Shown here piece by piece: positions 1 through 10,800 of a DNA stretch of 40,000 nucleotides. The notes under the pieces were generated by a model, which was not told the origin of the DNA, did no database searches, and saw only the letters and a program-made list of their open reading frames with translations. Source of the DNA: Paenibacillus tyrfis (GTDB lineage: Bacteria > Bacillota > Bacilli > Paenibacillales > NBRC-103111); NCBI RefSeq assembly GCF_000722545.1, contig NZ_JNVM01000047.1, forward strand, positions 12,767 to 52,766. The letters are read 5' to 3'. Within the stretch, counting starts at the first letter, position 1; the number at the start of each line of letters is the position of its first letter. The position numbers and the translations under genes were made by a program.

Positions 1-2433
1 TATATATTCCGGTAGCAACGTTATGATAGGGAACGGATGTAACTTTTGCTGCAACATTCGTTCGATCGTATGTAATATCAAATCCGTACACGGATGAATA
101 ACGACAGTGGGAACATGTGACCATCGATAAGATGGCGCATCTATATGGTTCGTAAATAACGGTTCTGATCCCAGATGAAATTGCGACAAATTTAATTCGT
201 TCAATAGGGCTTCTTCTGCGCATAGTTGCCGAATACCATGATCAATCAAATAACGCAAAAGCATGGTCCATCTTTCCCTTTTTCGTCCAGCCAGTCGACT
301 AAAGCTTCTTTCCGGCCATGGATCAAAGAACAACACCGCCTTGTCGCTGTTGTCCAATCGCCTGGATAACTGTTCGGTCAGACCCGGTCGCTTCTGCCAT
401 TGAATCAATCGTGATACTGCCATATTTGCATACGGCCCTTGCGCTTGTCGTCTGCAATTAGGACAACCGCCGCAAGAGGTTTGAACGCCGATAGCTTTGC
501 GTCTGTTCACACCCGGACGTTCTGGAATATGGTACACGTCTTTAAAGATGTCAGCGGCGCAACGCTTCCCTTGCAACAGTTCCTTCATCAGCACAAGTGA
601 TGTCTCACTAGCCTTAGAACTGAGTATCCTGAAAGGTTCTACTAAAGCCTTCCATGCGCCCTCCTGAAGATGGTCGTTGTGCAGGATGCGCACAAGCCGA
701 TGGGTGTTACCGTTATATTCTGCTTTTGAATTAGATTGATCCCATTTCTGCCAGTCCATCTCGATTAGTTTGGACCGGGACATCAAGTTCAACGTTCGGA
801 TATTCCAGGCGGCATTGCGAGCCGATCCCCCCATATCAATATCTCTCGAATCAAGGGAAGGAGAGACGTCAATCGGAACGAGATAACAGTCTGGATATCG
901 CGTATCAATTTGCTTTTGCTGGAACATCGCTCTCCAACGCTGACGCCCGCGTTCGATGGTAATAAGCATTTTGCCGCTCATCTCTTCGGCGATTCGGATA
1001 TCGTCGTCCGTGTATACCACAAGCGACATAGCAGCGTTGCCGTCGCGTCCGCCGCGTCCAACTTCCTGATAGTAGCGATCCAAACTTTCGGGTACACAGG
1101 CGTGGATAACTGCTCGTACATCTGGTTGGTCGACGCCAAGGCCAAAGGCTGAAGTCGCGACAACAATGTCGATATCACGATTCCGCCAAGCGGAGACAAT
1201 CACCTCGCGCTTGCGGTTCGGGGTCTTACCAGTAACTACTTCCAAACGGCCATAACCGGCCGCCCTTAAAGTCACCCCCCAATCCTCCGCATCCTGAACT
1301 TCCGATGTGTAAAGAATAAGCGGCCGCGGCAAGTGGAAAACTGCATCAAAAATAAATCGTTCTTTATCTTGCTTGTTGTTGGCCCGCTTGAACCAGTAGG
1401 CCGGTTCAGGTCGCAATTGAACGGCTGAACAATGTTTGAACGGCCCAGGAGCCCCGAACAAATCTTCCATTGCATCCAAGGACACCTCCGTTATGGTCGC
1501 CGACAATAGTACCGTCCGGAGAGTCGGCGCCTCACGCATCAAATGTTTGCGCCATCCAGCCAACTCTTGAAAAGCCGGCCTAAATTCATCGCCCCATAAT
1601 TCGATCATATGTGCTTCGTCAATAAACAGATAACGCAAATATCCCCGGCCAGCAGCTAGTTGCAACGGCACAAATAGCGATTTCATGATCGCCTCCGGAG
1701 AAGTAAAGACAATTCGCTGCGTGCCGTCGCGTATCCGACCGCGGATTCCTTCATTCTCCGCTTCCCGTCCACTAAAATATGCAGTTGAATGCGAAATAAA
1801 GGGGGCCATCGCTCGTTCCTGATCAATAGCCAGAGCCACTGTAGGGACAACGACGATCGACACCCCTTCAATTTCCGATGCTATAATCGAGGGTAGATGG
1901 GCACATAAGCTTTTCCCTGTTCCAGTAGGAAGGTTAACCACCAGCGTTGACCCTTCCGGTGCAGTCAGTATGCTTCGGATCGCATCTGCTTGTCCCTGAC
2001 TCCTGTAAGCGGAAAGTTTCATCTTCGATAAAAACGGATCCCCCTTCACGATATTATGTGTTTGTCGAGGGATTTTGGCAAATAAAGGATTCTCGACATC
2101 AGCAATCGACGAATCAGGTAGCCATTTAGGAATCCACGGGTGAGCCTTAATCAGTAATCGATCATTTTTTTGAACGATGACAGCAATTCCTGATTCTTCC
2201 CACACGTGTGGATCGGGCCATTCCGAATTGCGCGGAACCCACAGGATGGACGATAAGCCACCTTGTTTCTCCGCATTATGTCTCAAAATGCTACGAATCA
2301 GAGACACCTTGTCACGCGGCGAAGTTCTTCGCGAGTGCATACTATTTTTAAACCGCAAATAAAAACAGGTAAAGAAACCTCCTGTCGAATGAGACGTTTC
2401 AATCAACTGCACAAATTCGTCATACTCATTCAT
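1..2433 (-). CDS. RecQ-family SF2 DNA helicase with a long C-terminal extension. The gene is 3'-partial and runs off the left edge of the window.
   Basis: This gene is absent from the ORF track because it has no stop in the window. I translated the minus strand by hand from the ATG at 2433-2431 and found 811 uninterrupted codons down to position 1. Motifs read: NLPTGTGKSL (motif I), LFIDEAHMI (DEAH), VATSAFGLGVDQPDVR, and YYQEVGRGGRDG (RecQ-type motif VI), followed by a CGGCPNC cysteine cluster. Its ATG overlaps the stop of the upstream SNF2 gene by 8 nt. Confidence 0.85.
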   Translation of the reverse strand, partial: MNEYDEFVQLIETSHSTGGFFTCFYLRFKNSMHSRRTSPRDKVSLIRSILRHNAEKQGGLSSILWVPRNSEWPDPHVWEESGIAVIVQKNDRLLIKAHPWIPKWLPDSSIADVENPLFAKIPRQTHNIVKGDPFLSKMKLSAYRSQGQADAIRSILTAPEGSTLVVNLPTGTGKSLCAHLPSIIASEIEGVSIVVVPTVALAIDQERAMAPFISHSTAYFSGREAENEGIRGRIRDGTQRIVFTSPEAIMKSLFVPLQLAAGRGYLRYLFIDEAHMIELWGDEFRPAFQELAGWRKHLMREAPTLRTVLLSATITEVSLDAMEDLFGAPGPFKHCSAVQLRPEPAYWFKRANNKQDKERFIFDAVFHLPRPLILYTSEVQDAEDWGVTLRAAGYGRLEVVTGKTPNRKREVIVSAWRNRDIDIVVATSAFGLGVDQPDVRAVIHACVPESLDRYYQEVGRGGRDGNAAMSLVVYTDDDIRIAEEMSGKMLITIERGRQRWRAMFQQKQIDTRYPDCYLVPIDVSPSLDSRDIDMGGSARNAAWNIRTLNLMSRSKLIEMDWQKWDQSNSKAEYNGNTHRLVRILHNDHLQEGAWKALVEPFRILSSKASETSLVLMKELLQGKRCAADIFKDVYHIPERPGVNRRKAIGVQTSCGGCPNCRRQAQGPYANMAVSRLIQWQKRPGLTEQLSRRLDNSDKAVLFFDPWPERSFSRLAGRKRERWTMLLRYLIDHGIRQLCAEEALLNELNLSQFHLGSEPLFTNHIDAPSYRWSHVPTVVIHPCTDLILHTIERMLQQKLHPFPIITLLPEYI

Positions 2434-5400
2434 CGTAGTCGCCACGAAGTTCACTTCCCGATAATATAATAAATCCAACGGAATCCAAACGAACATGCGG
2501 CCTCTTAAGGCCAGCCTGCATTGCTTGGTGTAGTTCAACTTCAAAAGCCAAATCAATTCGATCGAATTGTCCATGTGTTTGCTGCGTTTTGGCTCTTAAC
2601 TCCAACTGCTGAAGTTGCCGGTTCAACTCCTGTTGCATAGACTGCAGTGCTTCCTCACATGCGGTGACTACAGACGCATCTTGCAGCAAAAACAGTTCCG
2701 AACTTTCACGGGCACAGGAGCATAAGGAAGGCCATTGGTCGGGCGAAATAAATTCATCGATTACATTCAATCGTTCTTTGGTTAAATTCGTATCGTTGCC
2801 GAAATCACTCAATTTCTCAAATGGAGCCTTCAGGGCTTCTATAACATTGGAGTCAGTCACCGGACTGCCACTTGGTGTAACGTTAACGGTATACATAAAG
2901 GGCGGAAAATACCGATCCATTTTACGCTGCAAAGCTTTTCTGTTATACGCCTTACCGTCTATGGAAGAATAGATTGCTGCTGCTGCGGAGACGTCGCCTT
3001 CGACGATATAGTTGAAGCTAAACCCGAACCACTCGAAACCTTTCATCGGGTTCCAACTCTTCACTTTGCGCCAGAAAGCAAAGGTTCGCCCACGATCGTC
3101 CCATTTGATGTCATCATCCAGCATTTGAATAAAAGGATCTCCAATACGATATATTCGACAATTTTCTTGGGAGACGGCCGTCATCCGATCATAACTGCCA
3201 TCCCTGCTGTTTATCTTCGCCATTGCAATTGAAGTAGAGATAGGCAAAAGTGTTTGCCGAGTTGGGAAGTAAGTTAATACCCCCGTGTGTGAAGTGGATG
3301 GTTTACAGGCAAATTTCAATGCATTATGAACCCATCCCTCCATGTTTTTTTGAATACGTGCGTGATCAGATTCATATGCCACCAAATTCTGAACAAGTCC
3401 TTGCACAAAGTCATCGCTCGAATCCATTTCGTCCAATGCATTTTGTTCCTCCACCTGAATCCTTTCCTCTTCTAGGCGATCTGCGAAAGACTCCCTTACA
3501 TATCGAATAAAACTTTGAGCACCCTCAGCATAAAACCTACCATAAATTTCCGGAATGATTCGGTCAATCAGAAATTGCAATGACGAAATGGAGTTTTGAA
3601 ACACCTTAAGTCCTTCATTCAAGAATATATACCAGGCCTCAATCAACGATGGATGATCCGGTCCGGTGAATACATGGGTAGAAAACATCCGCGTACGTCC
3701 TAGACGATCTACACGACCTATTCTTTGCTCCATGCGACCGGGTTGTGTAAGCAAATCGAAATGCACAATCGTATCCGCAAATTGCAAATTGCGTCCTAAC
3801 TCGCCTGAAGGATCGCAGACCAGTACGCAGCACTGCTCATCGTATCTGAAACGCTCAATCTCTTGTTCCACTTGGACATCGCTCAATGTTTTGAGATATT
3901 GGGCAATTACCTGAGTTTTGTATATAGCTCTCAGATGATTAAGGATGAAATTTGCCGCGGCATAGTGTCCCGTAAAAACAACAATTTTAGGTGGCGTCTT
4001 TTTCTTTTTCCGTGCCTGTTCCGTAACGGTATCAATTACCATGACAAGGTGATCCATTCTGTCCTCTTCTTCGACGGAACAATCAACTGTGAGGAGCAAC
4101 GACTCAAGCAACTCTCGTTCACCTGAAAATAGTGGCACTTCGCGCAATAGTTCGACCAATTCCGTATCGTAGAGCTCCGTGAACGAGTCGCTTATCTCCC
4201 CAGACAAGCGTGCCTCTAGTACGTGCCGGAATACCGGTAGTGCAGAATTCGATAACTCCAATAAATGAAGAAACAACCTTTGATACCCAGTTGAGTGGGA
4301 AAATCCACACTCCTGCCATTCTTCCCTTTCTAATGCCCATGCCGTTTCACGCCATTCATCCATTAAATCTTGAACGGAGGCAGTTCGACTATCGAAATCG
4401 TATTCCTCAGCTACCGAGAGTTCACCACGTTCAAGATCACGTCCATACTTAAAAAGTTGTTTTACCGTATCACGACGATTTCGCAACATTCTCCGGTGTA
4501 GTCGGTACGTTTCCGTCAAATGATTCCGAATGATCCGTACCGCTGCTATGCGCTTATCTTCATCATTTTTATCAAGGGCATCTAATAAACGCTCCACACT
4601 GCCGGACAACAAATAATCATCTGACACGAGTTCCAACAACTTTTCAGCGGATCTACGTAAAAGAAGTGGCTTTGCATTCTCACGTAAAGTGAATAATGTT
4701 CGCCCGATGTGTTGTCGAATGGAGATAAGTTTTTGAAATCTTTCCACCTCATCAAGATGATAATGATCCGGATCCAGCAGATGAAGCATCGCTAAGAAAT
4801 CTTGTTCATGATGCAATACTGGCGTTGCAGATAACAATAACAACCCGCGGGCGGGCTTCGTTAACTGTTCGATCAACTGATACTGCTTTCGTTCTTCTTC
4901 TATTAGACTTGATGCCTTCGCTGCGATAATATGCGCTTCATCAATAACGATTAAGTCCCAATCATTCTTTTGCAGCAGGTTATCATTAAAAGACAGCCTT
5001 TCCGTCGCACACCATGTAAGCTGATTGGTGAATTCGTACAAATTGCATTTGTTATGTAATTCTGTTTGCCACTGCACCTGTAAAAATAAAGGAACCACAA
5101 TGAGAACGGAAGAGTTTGGATAATCCAATAAAAACTGACGGATTATAACTCCTGCTTCAACCGTTTTTCCGAGACCTACCTCGTCTGCAAGTAGATATCG
5201 GGGGACTGGATCTTCCGATACTCTCCGAATAACCTCCACTTGATGAGGATACAGTGAAACAGAAGATGAAAGAAGTCCTTCCATCCCACGTCCTACTTTC
5301 CGTTGATTCATCATTTCTTGCACAAAAAGGGTACGCTTACGATTAAAAAAAGCCGTCTCATGTCCCTTATTGATGAGAATCTCCATAGGATCTTCAATCG

Positions 5401-5761
5401 GCAGTGAGCAACGGACGAATAAATTTTCTGAGTCAATGTAATTGGAATAGGAGTCGGGAAAGTCAACCTGGTAATCTGTTGCATCGAATCCTGTAATACG
5501 GCCAATCATCCAGCGTTTCTTCTTCGAATCCCAATAATAGCATCGTGTTTGAATGTCTGGCTTAACAAATTGTATTTCGCTCAATGCGATATTAAAACGT
5601 TTTCTATTTTCTATTGAAATGAAGTACTCTACAACGACCGTTCCATTAAAGTGGTCGATTACTTTACCTATACCCAGATCGTTTCTAGTTCTAACGAACC
5701 TTCCAATTACCTTGTTTTCCATGAGAATAGACCTATCCATTTCAAATTTAGTAAATGCCAA
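2426..5761 (-). CDS. SNF2/RapA-like helicase-ATPase of 1111 aa.
   Basis: The ORF is in the track. Motifs: LLADEVGLGKTVEAG (motif I), WDLIVIDEAHII (DExH), LLLSATPV (motif III) and EQRIGRVDRLGR (motif VI). About 190 aa precede the ATPase core and about 400 aa follow it. The listed start is TTG with no convincing SD sequence, so the true start is uncertain. Confidence 0.85.
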   Translation of the reverse strand: MAFTKFEMDRSILMENKVIGRFVRTRNDLGIGKVIDHFNGTVVVEYFISIENRKRFNIALSEIQFVKPDIQTRCYYWDSKKKRWMIGRITGFDATDYQVDFPDSYSNYIDSENLFVRCSLPIEDPMEILINKGHETAFFNRKRTLFVQEMMNQRKVGRGMEGLLSSSVSLYPHQVEVIRRVSEDPVPRYLLADEVGLGKTVEAGVIIRQFLLDYPNSSVLIVVPLFLQVQWQTELHNKCNLYEFTNQLTWCATERLSFNDNLLQKNDWDLIVIDEAHIIAAKASSLIEEERKQYQLIEQLTKPARGLLLLSATPVLHHEQDFLAMLHLLDPDHYHLDEVERFQKLISIRQHIGRTLFTLRENAKPLLLRRSAEKLLELVSDDYLLSGSVERLLDALDKNDEDKRIAAVRIIRNHLTETYRLHRRMLRNRRDTVKQLFKYGRDLERGELSVAEEYDFDSRTASVQDLMDEWRETAWALEREEWQECGFSHSTGYQRLFLHLLELSNSALPVFRHVLEARLSGEISDSFTELYDTELVELLREVPLFSGERELLESLLLTVDCSVEEEDRMDHLVMVIDTVTEQARKKKKTPPKIVVFTGHYAAANFILNHLRAIYKTQVIAQYLKTLSDVQVEQEIERFRYDEQCCVLVCDPSGELGRNLQFADTIVHFDLLTQPGRMEQRIGRVDRLGRTRMFSTHVFTGPDHPSLIEAWYIFLNEGLKVFQNSISSLQFLIDRIIPEIYGRFYAEGAQSFIRYVRESFADRLEEERIQVEEQNALDEMDSSDDFVQGLVQNLVAYESDHARIQKNMEGWVHNALKFACKPSTSHTGVLTYFPTRQTLLPISTSIAMAKINSRDGSYDRMTAVSQENCRIYRIGDPFIQMLDDDIKWDDRGRTFAFWRKVKSWNPMKGFEWFGFSFNYIVEGDVSAAAAIYSSIDGKAYNRKALQRKMDRYFPPFMYTVNVTPSGSPVTDSNVIEALKAPFEKLSDFGNDTNLTKERLNVIDEFISPDQWPSLCSCARESSELFLLQDASVVTACEEALQSMQQELNRQLQQLELRAKTQQTHGQFDRIDLAFEVELHQAMQAGLKRPHVRLDSVGFIILSGSELRGDYDE

Positions 5762-5908
5762 AAGGAAAAAACCACTTCTTTAGAATCACTCAAGTGGTAA
5801 TCCTTTCTATAAATGTTACCATAAAACCCGAATGGAGTGTTACCCAAAATCAAAATTAGCACATAAATAAAAAGGGCTGTCCAAATAAGTCCCTAATCAA
5901 TTTTGAAA

Positions 5909-5954
5909 CAACAAAAACGAGCATTCCAATATAAAGGAATGCTCGTTTTTGTTG
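5909..5954. terminator. Intrinsic terminator hairpin directly downstream of queE. It separates the modification genes from the helicase genes.
   Basis: The hairpin has a perfect 19-bp stem. The arms are caacaaaaacgagcattcc (5909-5927) and ggaatgctcgtttttgttg (5936-5954), with an 8-nt loop. T-rich sequence follows on both strands. Confidence 0.8.
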
Positions 5955-5956
5955 CT

Positions 5957-6685
5957 TCAAACCCCACGCTTGTTCCCCCACAATAAAGTATGTAACTGAG
6001 GGAGAACTTTAACTTGTTTTAACTCTGAGGAATCCATTACTTGATTTATCAGCCACTCATATCTCTCTAATAACTCGAACACCAATGCTTCCTTATCTGC
6101 AGTGGTTACATCCTTATTGCCGACCTGTAAAACAAGCCTCATTTGAGGATAACGCTTATGAACCTTTACGGCATACTGAAGATCATATTCATCAAAAACG
6201 ACTACTTTGATACATACTTCATTGTTCTCACCATTCAAATTCTGAATGATTCCATCAAGCTTGTCCCAATCAGTTATCATTCCTGAACTTGGTGGTTTAG
6301 GGGAAATCGTCAAATCGTCGATATCCCTCATCCACGTTTGCCATCTGCTTCCTTGTGTTTCTAGCCCAACACGAACTCCATTATCATGAAGCAAATTAAC
6401 CAAATGACCAATATTTTTTATTAGCGCAGGATTCCCACCAGAAATTGTAACATGCTCGAACGTTATTCCACCAATAGACACTAACTCATCCCAAATCGCT
6501 TGAGCAGACAGTTGCTTGATTTCTTCCTTTGCAGAACCATCCCATGTAAAAGACGAATCGCACCATGAACAGGAGTAGTCACAGCCAGCTGTTCGAACAA
6601 ACATCGTTTTCTGACCAATAACAAGTCCTTCTCCTTGAACAGTTGGCCCAAATATTTCAAGGACGGGAATCGTATTACTACTCAT
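5957..6685 (-). CDS. queE: 7-carboxy-7-deazaguanine synthase, a radical SAM enzyme of the Bacillus type (about 240 aa).
   Basis: The radical-SAM motif CDYSCSWC sits in the context VRTAGCDYSCSWCDS. The size is 242 aa. Its ATG overlaps the queD stop as ATGA (6682-6685). Confidence 0.9.
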   Translation of the reverse strand: MSSNTIPVLEIFGPTVQGEGLVIGQKTMFVRTAGCDYSCSWCDSSFTWDGSAKEEIKQLSAQAIWDELVSIGGITFEHVTISGGNPALIKNIGHLVNLLHDNGVRVGLETQGSRWQTWMRDIDDLTISPKPPSSGMITDWDKLDGIIQNLNGENNEVCIKVVVFDEYDLQYAVKVHKRYPQMRLVLQVGNKDVTTADKEALVFELLERYEWLINQVMDSSELKQVKVLPQLHTLLWGNKRGV

Positions 6686-7119
6686 GACCTATCTCCTATC
6701 CGGGGGCGATAGATCACATAGCTAGTAGGAGTTTCTCTCAAAAAAATTTGCAGACATTTGGGTTGGTTAGGAAGCGAATCTAGATAATCTTGTATTATTG
6801 TCCAAGCAGTTCGCGCAACAACTTCAGTGCTAGGAAATATGTTTCCTTGCTCCTCATTAAATAGAGGATCTTCATTGATTAATTTATGGTCAAATCGATC
6901 ATGTATAAGTGCCTTAAGATCAGAGAAATTAACAAGAAACCCCGTATCATCTAAGACATCGCCAACGATACAAACATTCATAAAATAAGTGTGACCATGT
7001 ATTCTACTGCACTTTCCAGCGAGATCACTTGGTATGTAATGCGCGGCTGCAAATTGAAGATCTTTATTCAATTCGTAAACAAACGAATGGTTCACAGAAG
7101 GATATATTTGTTGAAGCAT
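6682..7119 (-). CDS. queD: 6-carboxy-5,6,7,8-tetrahydropterin synthase.
   Basis: The motif CSRIHGHTY (CxxxHGH) is present and the size is about 145 aa. I prefer the ATG at 7119, which is preceded by GGAGGA at a 7-nt spacing. The track ORF starts five codons earlier at a TTG (7134). Confidence 0.9.
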   Translation of the reverse strand: MLQQIYPSVNHSFVYELNKDLQFAAAHYIPSDLAGKCSRIHGHTYFMNVCIVGDVLDDTGFLVNFSDLKALIHDRFDHKLINEDPLFNEEQGNIFPSTEVVARTAWTIIQDYLDSLPNQPKCLQIFLRETPTSYVIYRPRIGDRS

Positions 7120-7149
7120 ACTATCGTCCTCCAATTGAGGTATTTCTTT

Positions 7150-7803
7150 TTACTTACTTAACAGATATTCTTCCAGTCCTCTCTTACGTAAAATGCAAGC
7201 CGGGCATTCTCCACACCCGTCCGCAAGAATACCATTGTAACAAGTCAACGTATTATTACGAATATATTCGAATGCTCCCAGTTCGTCTGCAAGTTTCCAT
7301 GCTTGTGCCTTATTTAGCCACATCAATGGCGTTTCAATTACAAATTGGTAGTCCATTGATAAATTCAAAGTTACATTCAATGACTTAATAAACACATCAC
7401 GACAATCAGGGTAACCACTAAAATCGGTTTCGCACACGCCGGTGATGATATGCTTGGCTCCAATTTGTTTCGCAAGTATTGCTGCGAAAGAGAGAAAGAG
7501 AAGGTTACGCCCGTCTACAAATGTTGTCGGCAGCTTCCCCTCTTCGCTTGCTATATCAATATCTGATCGTGTTAGCGCATTAGGGGCCAATTGGTTCAAC
7601 AAGGACATATCCTGCACATGATGTTTAATGGACAGGTCCTTTGTGATTCGCGCCGCGCACTCAAGTTCAGCAGAATGGCGCTGACCATAGTTGAAAGTCA
7701 CTGCTTCAATTTCGCTAAAATGCTGTTTTGCCCAGAACAAACATGTTGTACTATCTTGTCCGCCACTAAATACCACGACGGCTTTATTATTATTTTTAGT
7801 CAT
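7150..7803 (-). CDS. queC: 7-cyano-7-deazaguanine (preQ0) synthase.
   Basis: The PP-loop [12 protein letters not shown] is present, along with the C-terminal zinc motif CYNG...[10 protein letters not shown]. The start [11 protein letters not shown] at 7803 gives about 217 aa, typical for QueC. The track ORF extends to 7860. Confidence 0.9.
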   Translation of the reverse strand: MTKNNNKAVVVFSGGQDSTTCLFWAKQHFSEIEAVTFNYGQRHSAELECAARITKDLSIKHHVQDMSLLNQLAPNALTRSDIDIASEEGKLPTTFVDGRNLLFLSFAAILAKQIGAKHIITGVCETDFSGYPDCRDVFIKSLNVTLNLSMDYQFVIETPLMWLNKAQAWKLADELGAFEYIRNNTLTCYNGILADGCGECPACILRKRGLEEYLLSK

Positions 7804-7872
7804 TAGCTTTACCCACTTTCTTACCAGTCTCATTTCTAATGATAACAGATGCCCTATCATATCGAAAGTCGA

Positions 7873-10800
7873 CTATTTATTGTCCCCTACAACTAATCTA
7901 ATCTCTACAACATCAAATAAATTTGGGAACTTTTCTTTAATTTCATCCAGCAGACGTTTCCATTGTACTGGAGGAAGTGTGCTATAACCATTTTCAACCA
8001 GTAATCGGACATGACGTTTTATTGATGGTCTGATTTGTGGACTTTCATTTATCTTTTCTAGTAGGTGATAGATATTTCCAATGTCTTCACAATCAAGGTC
8101 ATTTCTGATTACTTGGAGAAGATGCAATTTTGTTTGCTCATGCTGAAGTTTTCTTTCGGCCCAATCTCTTAGTTGATAGAAATCTATAGATTGCCATTCA
8201 GAAATTAAGGTAACCAATTCAGAACCGATAAGTTTCTTTTTCTTTAGACGATTCGCACAATTTGCTAATCTAAATTGGAGGTTCTTAATATGATCTAAAA
8301 CTTCTAACTTAATTTGAAGGCTCAGCAGATGCTTCACTAAATTCCGCGGAGTGAGAGCAAGGCAGTTGTTTAAACTTGATAGTTCCTGCACAATAGTTGT
8401 TAAGCTTGCTTTATTCGCCTCCAATTCAGACCACACTACTTCATCTTTTTCAGTAATTTCCGCTTCATCTCGTTCATAGTTTGTTTGCATGTTACACTCA
8501 GTAAGAAAGTCTGCAACTTCAAGTGCCATCTCGTCGAATTGTTTGGTTAACTGTTTTATCTCATCGTTTAAAGTAGTAGCCCTCTTATATTGAGCGGCAA
8601 GTTCTTGATTTTCTAATTCTTGTTCCAGCAAAGTGTAAGTAACAAAGTCTTGTTGTGTAACAATCTTCTTCTCGCTAAAAGCTTTAATCCGTCCAGCAAG
8701 TTCTATCAATTTCAAATTGCCCGAACCAATTAAAAATGGAATCATAGATGTTCTTTTCTGAAATGACTGCTTAAAGCTTTCGTGAAGTAGATCAGAGTAT
8801 CTGTGGTAACTTTCTTTCAATTGTGATAGAAATACCCTTAGAGTAGTGTTTCCAATTTGATAGTTTTCTAGGGTGTTCGATGGCGTGAGATTTCTAAACC
8901 AACGATCAAATTCTTCATTCGTCAACATGGCATTGCTTGGCGGCTGAAAAAAATTATCACGTAACAAGTACCAATCTGAATAACAATCCTCAAGCAGGGC
9001 TGTTAATTCTGTTCGGAAGGGAGAATATTGAATTACATTTGAGGCCCATAATGATTCACTGTATACTCGGGCATTTTGAACCCAATTTTTCATCCCGTAC
9101 ACAAAAACAGGAAGTTTCAACCCAAGAGCCTGCTCAAGAGAATTAAGCCATTCCTCATGGATTGACTCTGCTTGGTGTATCCATTTAGCAATTTCATACT
9201 CATTAGAAATTTTTTGAAATGTCTTGACCTTTTCTGAATATTTCATTGTTTGAAAGTTGGCAATTTGAATAGCAATATAACCCCTACTAACGCTTATTGT
9301 AGACTCATCATTGTTATCCTGGAGTGTAATTGGATACCGTGTTCGATTCACAACTTCATTTCGCTGAATGGTTGAGGAGGTTCTCGATGTGAATGAGCGA
9401 GACATATGAACCCCCTTTATAGCATCATGCACCAATGCCGCCACCCCAGATCTAACCGGTAATAATAATTCTTCATTTACTTCTCTTCCTTCCACCCAAT
9501 CTCTAACTACTTCTTTTTCATTGAAACCAGTATTACTATCTCTTGTCGGCTCTTCGAGAAATTGCTGCTCCTCTCTTAAGCTATTTTCAATACTATTTAG
9601 TTTAACAACGATTTGGCTGTCCTTATATCCAAAGTGCTTTAATATAGGTTCAGAAATTGTAATCTTCCCCGCTTCTTCAGATGCATACCATTCTGCGAGA
9701 GTTTTGATTAAAACATCAGTATGCTCGGCGAACATTTCCCTTCTAATAAGAGGAAGAATTCTACTAATATCTTTCTTGCCTCTTAGAAAAAAGCGAATAA
9801 CTTCTTTACTATTCAAAATCATGTAACGTAATTTCCCTTTTCCCATTGGAATTGCATCATACGTTCGCCTTAACATATGACTATTAAATGGAAGCAACTG
9901 CACTTCAATATCGCTCAATTTAGAATCATTATTGCTTGATTCTAGGGTATTACTTGAACATTGGTTGTAGTAAGGACATTCAGGAGAGCATTTAAAGCCT
10001 TGTGTTGCTTTCAACTGTGTAAGGTAATTAGCCATATATGGAATTACTTGTTTACGATCTAGGTTGAAAAAGTCTTTTCCTGACTCGTCAGATAGCCATA
10101 ACTTTTTCACACGGTCATTGATAGTATCAAGATTCTTGATTCTTTGAGTAAGACTAAATCCTTTTTCTGTGTCCTGAACCGCGCCAGGAGTTAGACCAAT
10201 TACTACATCCCAATTACCCTCTTCTAACGTAATAAGTTGATCCAATATATTTGTTGCATAAATGTTAACCGATTGAACAAGATCGTCAATTAGTAGCAAT
10301 GGACGGATACCCTTGCTTTTTATCTGCTGCGACAATTGTTTAAACAGGGTTCCAATGTCCCGTCCCTCAAAAAGAAAATGGTCTAGTTTCCGAGAAAGAG
10401 TTTGTCGAAATGGTGCATACTCCAGGGAGATATTAAGAGTCGTATTAGCAAGTAAAGATTCGAACTGCTCACGATGCAGGACTTCTAGTGGTTTTTTGAT
10501 TTTTCCTCGTTTAATTTGAGAAGTAAATTCAACAATGTTATTCTCAATTATAGGTCTCAACAATAGTGCTGCTGGAACAATTTCCTCATCGGATTCCAGC
10601 GATTCGGCAAGTGCTGTCCAAACCATTTGATTAATAAGCGTAATAGGCTTTTTGAGTAATAGCCCCCACTTATCTTCATCAATGCAAACATCTAAAGACA
10701 AATCTAATGCATCTAAACATTTTTTGATCAGTGTCTGAGGGTTTAACTCCGTTCGTGAAATTCGTATCACCGGTCGTTCAGATACTTCCACTAACCATTT

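Noticed and set aside
7029-7987. Plus-strand ORFs (7029-7388, 7591-7806 and 7691-7987) lie opposite queD, queC and the end of the NTPase gene.
   Set aside because: They are antisense shadows of genes with unambiguous QueC and QueD motifs, and they have no SD sequences or motifs.
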